In this document: positions 63,701-64,000 of the stretch, piece after piece
Numbering within the stretch: position 1 is the first letter of the stretch
Layout: each line of letters begins with the position of its first letter
Source: Fimbriosthenelais zetlandica
Taxonomy: Eukaryota
NCBI GenBank assembly: GCA_977030845.1
Contig: OZ365110.1
Coordinates: 18,600,001 to 18,664,000, forward strand
DNA length: 64,000 nt
Direction: 5' to 3'
Notes under the pieces: generated by a model
Told to the model about the DNA's origin: nothing
Database searches by the model: none
The model's input: only the letters and a program-made list of their open reading frames with translations
Translations under genes and position numbers: made by a program

Positions 63701-64000
63701 GCAGCCCGATAGATATATAGATTCTGACCAAGAACCTTTAGCCACTCCATAACCTCCAAACTTCTCAATACAATGCTCTTAGGAACATCAGTATACCCCA
63801 ACCAAAATCCCAGGTCTTTGCTATAACCAGACAATAGGTCCAGCTTTCTTCTGTCTCAATTTCATTTTCATTTATCACTACTTGTTCTGCACGTTCAATT
63901 CTTTCTATTGCCTCCCATTCCGCCACCCCGCACTCCTCTTCTTCCTTCTGCTCCTCACTCAAAACCACCAATTGCTGGTCCTCACGTTTTTTCTCACTCG

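Noticed and set aside
1-64000. tRNA, rRNA, tRNA-derived SINE or CRISPR arrays
   Set aside because: No cloverleaf with paired A/B boxes, no rRNA-like segment and no regularly spaced repeat array were seen by eye. tRNAscan-SE, Infernal and RepeatMasker would be needed to exclude diverged copies.

Overview
Eukaryotic (metazoan) genomic DNA of roughly 40% GC by eye. I saw no prokaryote-type operons, rRNA, tRNA or CRISPR arrays. The main feature is one multi-exon + strand gene with six well-supported coding exons: 6820-7104, 14805-15239, 27770-27922, 36855-36911, 40658-40742 and 41343-41676. A seventh candidate exon lies upstream at 524-643. The six exons have canonical AG/GT boundaries and splice into one continuous frame of about 450 codons. 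The product is a type I membrane protein: SUEL/rhamnose-binding-lectin (Gal_Lectin)-like domain, CUB-like domain, 4-Cys/3-Trp sushi-like module, short stalk, transmembrane helix and a ~110 aa Tyr-containing cytoplasmic tail. The start and signal peptide are probably upstream of the window. From memory, this architecture resembles uncharacterised annelid/lophotrochozoan receptor families; that taxon guess is inference, not a database result. Introns and the ~22 kb 3' flank hold several small non-autonomous DNA transposons. The clearest is an 857-bp TIR element with an unusual 7-bp TSD. There are also small fold-back structures, very decayed retroelement relics, an over-represented TAGGCCTA palindrome and an orphan ETS/CRE promoter-like cluster. 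Most ORFs in the supplied track look like chance ORFs.
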